Position numbers and translations under genes: made by a program
Part shown: positions 63,709-64,000 of the stretch, piece by piece
How positions within the stretch are numbered: the first letter of the stretch is position 1
How the letters are laid out: every line of letters begins with the position of its first letter
From: a virus
Reading direction: 5' to 3' (one strand)
IMG/VR virus record: IMGVR_UViG_3300034105_001128
Location: 1 to 64,000 of that record
Length of the DNA stretch: 64,000 bases
Notes under the pieces: generated by a model
What the model was told of the DNA's origin: nothing
Databases searched by the model: none
The model's input: only the letters and a program-made list of their open reading frames with translations

Positions 63709-64000
63709 CTATTCTACCACGTTTTGCAAGTCTAACGGAATCGAATTAAAGTTATCTACTGTACTAGCTTGATTGGCTGTTCCCGAGTACGCCTTTATAA
63801 TACCGAAGCCGTTACCCTTAGTCCCTGTGTTTGTTGCGGTAACGGCCCCCAAAGAGGTAGAGCCATTATATGGGGTAACTGTTGCTGTGTTGCCCTCTGT
63901 AGACACTTGAATACTTGTAGGCTGAGAAGCCAACGCGCTTGAGGTGCTAGAAACCGTGTAGGCAGTACCACTGGCAGTAGAGTAGATAATTTGTAAATAA
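63709..64000 (-). CDS. C-terminal part of a Ser/Thr-rich structural protein (truncated by window edge)
   Basis: frame remains open toward the window end. Confidence 0.55.
   Translation of the reverse strand, partial: YLQIIYSTASGTAYTVSSTSSALASQPTSIQVSTEGNTATVTPYNGSTSLGAVTATNTGTKGNGFGIIKAYSGTANQASTVDNFNSIPLDLQNVVE

Noticed and set aside
1-64000. tRNA/tmRNA genes, integrase, introns or inteins in nrdJ, polA, dnaB, recA; stop-codon reassignment
   Set aside because: No cloverleaf or T-loop signature noticed by eye (tRNAscan/ARAGORN would be decisive); the enzymes are of normal length and uninterrupted; genes tile well with the standard code.

Overview
A 64-kb segment of a large contractile-tailed (myovirus-type) dsDNA phage. 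The host is most likely an actinobacterium, given three WhiB genes, an MSMEG_6728-like glycosylase and DUF4192-like genes; a low-GC freshwater host is plausible but inferred. Layout: (1) 1-11.2 kb, + strand early/accessory region with many small acidic or unknown ORFs, a MoxR AAA+/VWA pair, a solo HicA-like gene and two structured intergenic regions; (2) 11.3-22.8 kb, - strand: class II ribonucleotide reductase, an NTase/HAD-like/TGT-like operon, a cluster of small low-complexity proteins and a glycosyltransferase; (3) 22.9-26.9 kb, + strand envelope/lysis island with a PA14-FN3 helical-stalk protein, membrane proteins, a lipoprotein and a CHAP endolysin; (4) 27-44.6 kb, - strand replication/recombination (SpoVS, resolvases, Cas4-like nuclease, RecA, PolA, SSB, SNF2 helicase, primase, DnaB, DnaC-like loader, initiator); (5) 44.8-64 kb, - strand baseplate, tape measure, chaperone, tube, sheath and neck genes. 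The main unexplained signals are a polar 12-bp motif (CCAACACAAACA) repeated about every 1-1.5 kb across the early region only; the NTase/pseudo-HAD/TGT-like operon ending in a hyper-acidic peptide; a hairpin before polA whose loop matches the 16S anti-Shine-Dalgarno; two candidate structured ncRNAs and a pseudoknot; and a probable +1 frameshift plus an ATA start at the chaperone/tape-measure junction. No tRNA, rRNA, CRISPR array or integrase was seen. All family calls come from motif recognition by eye, not database searches.
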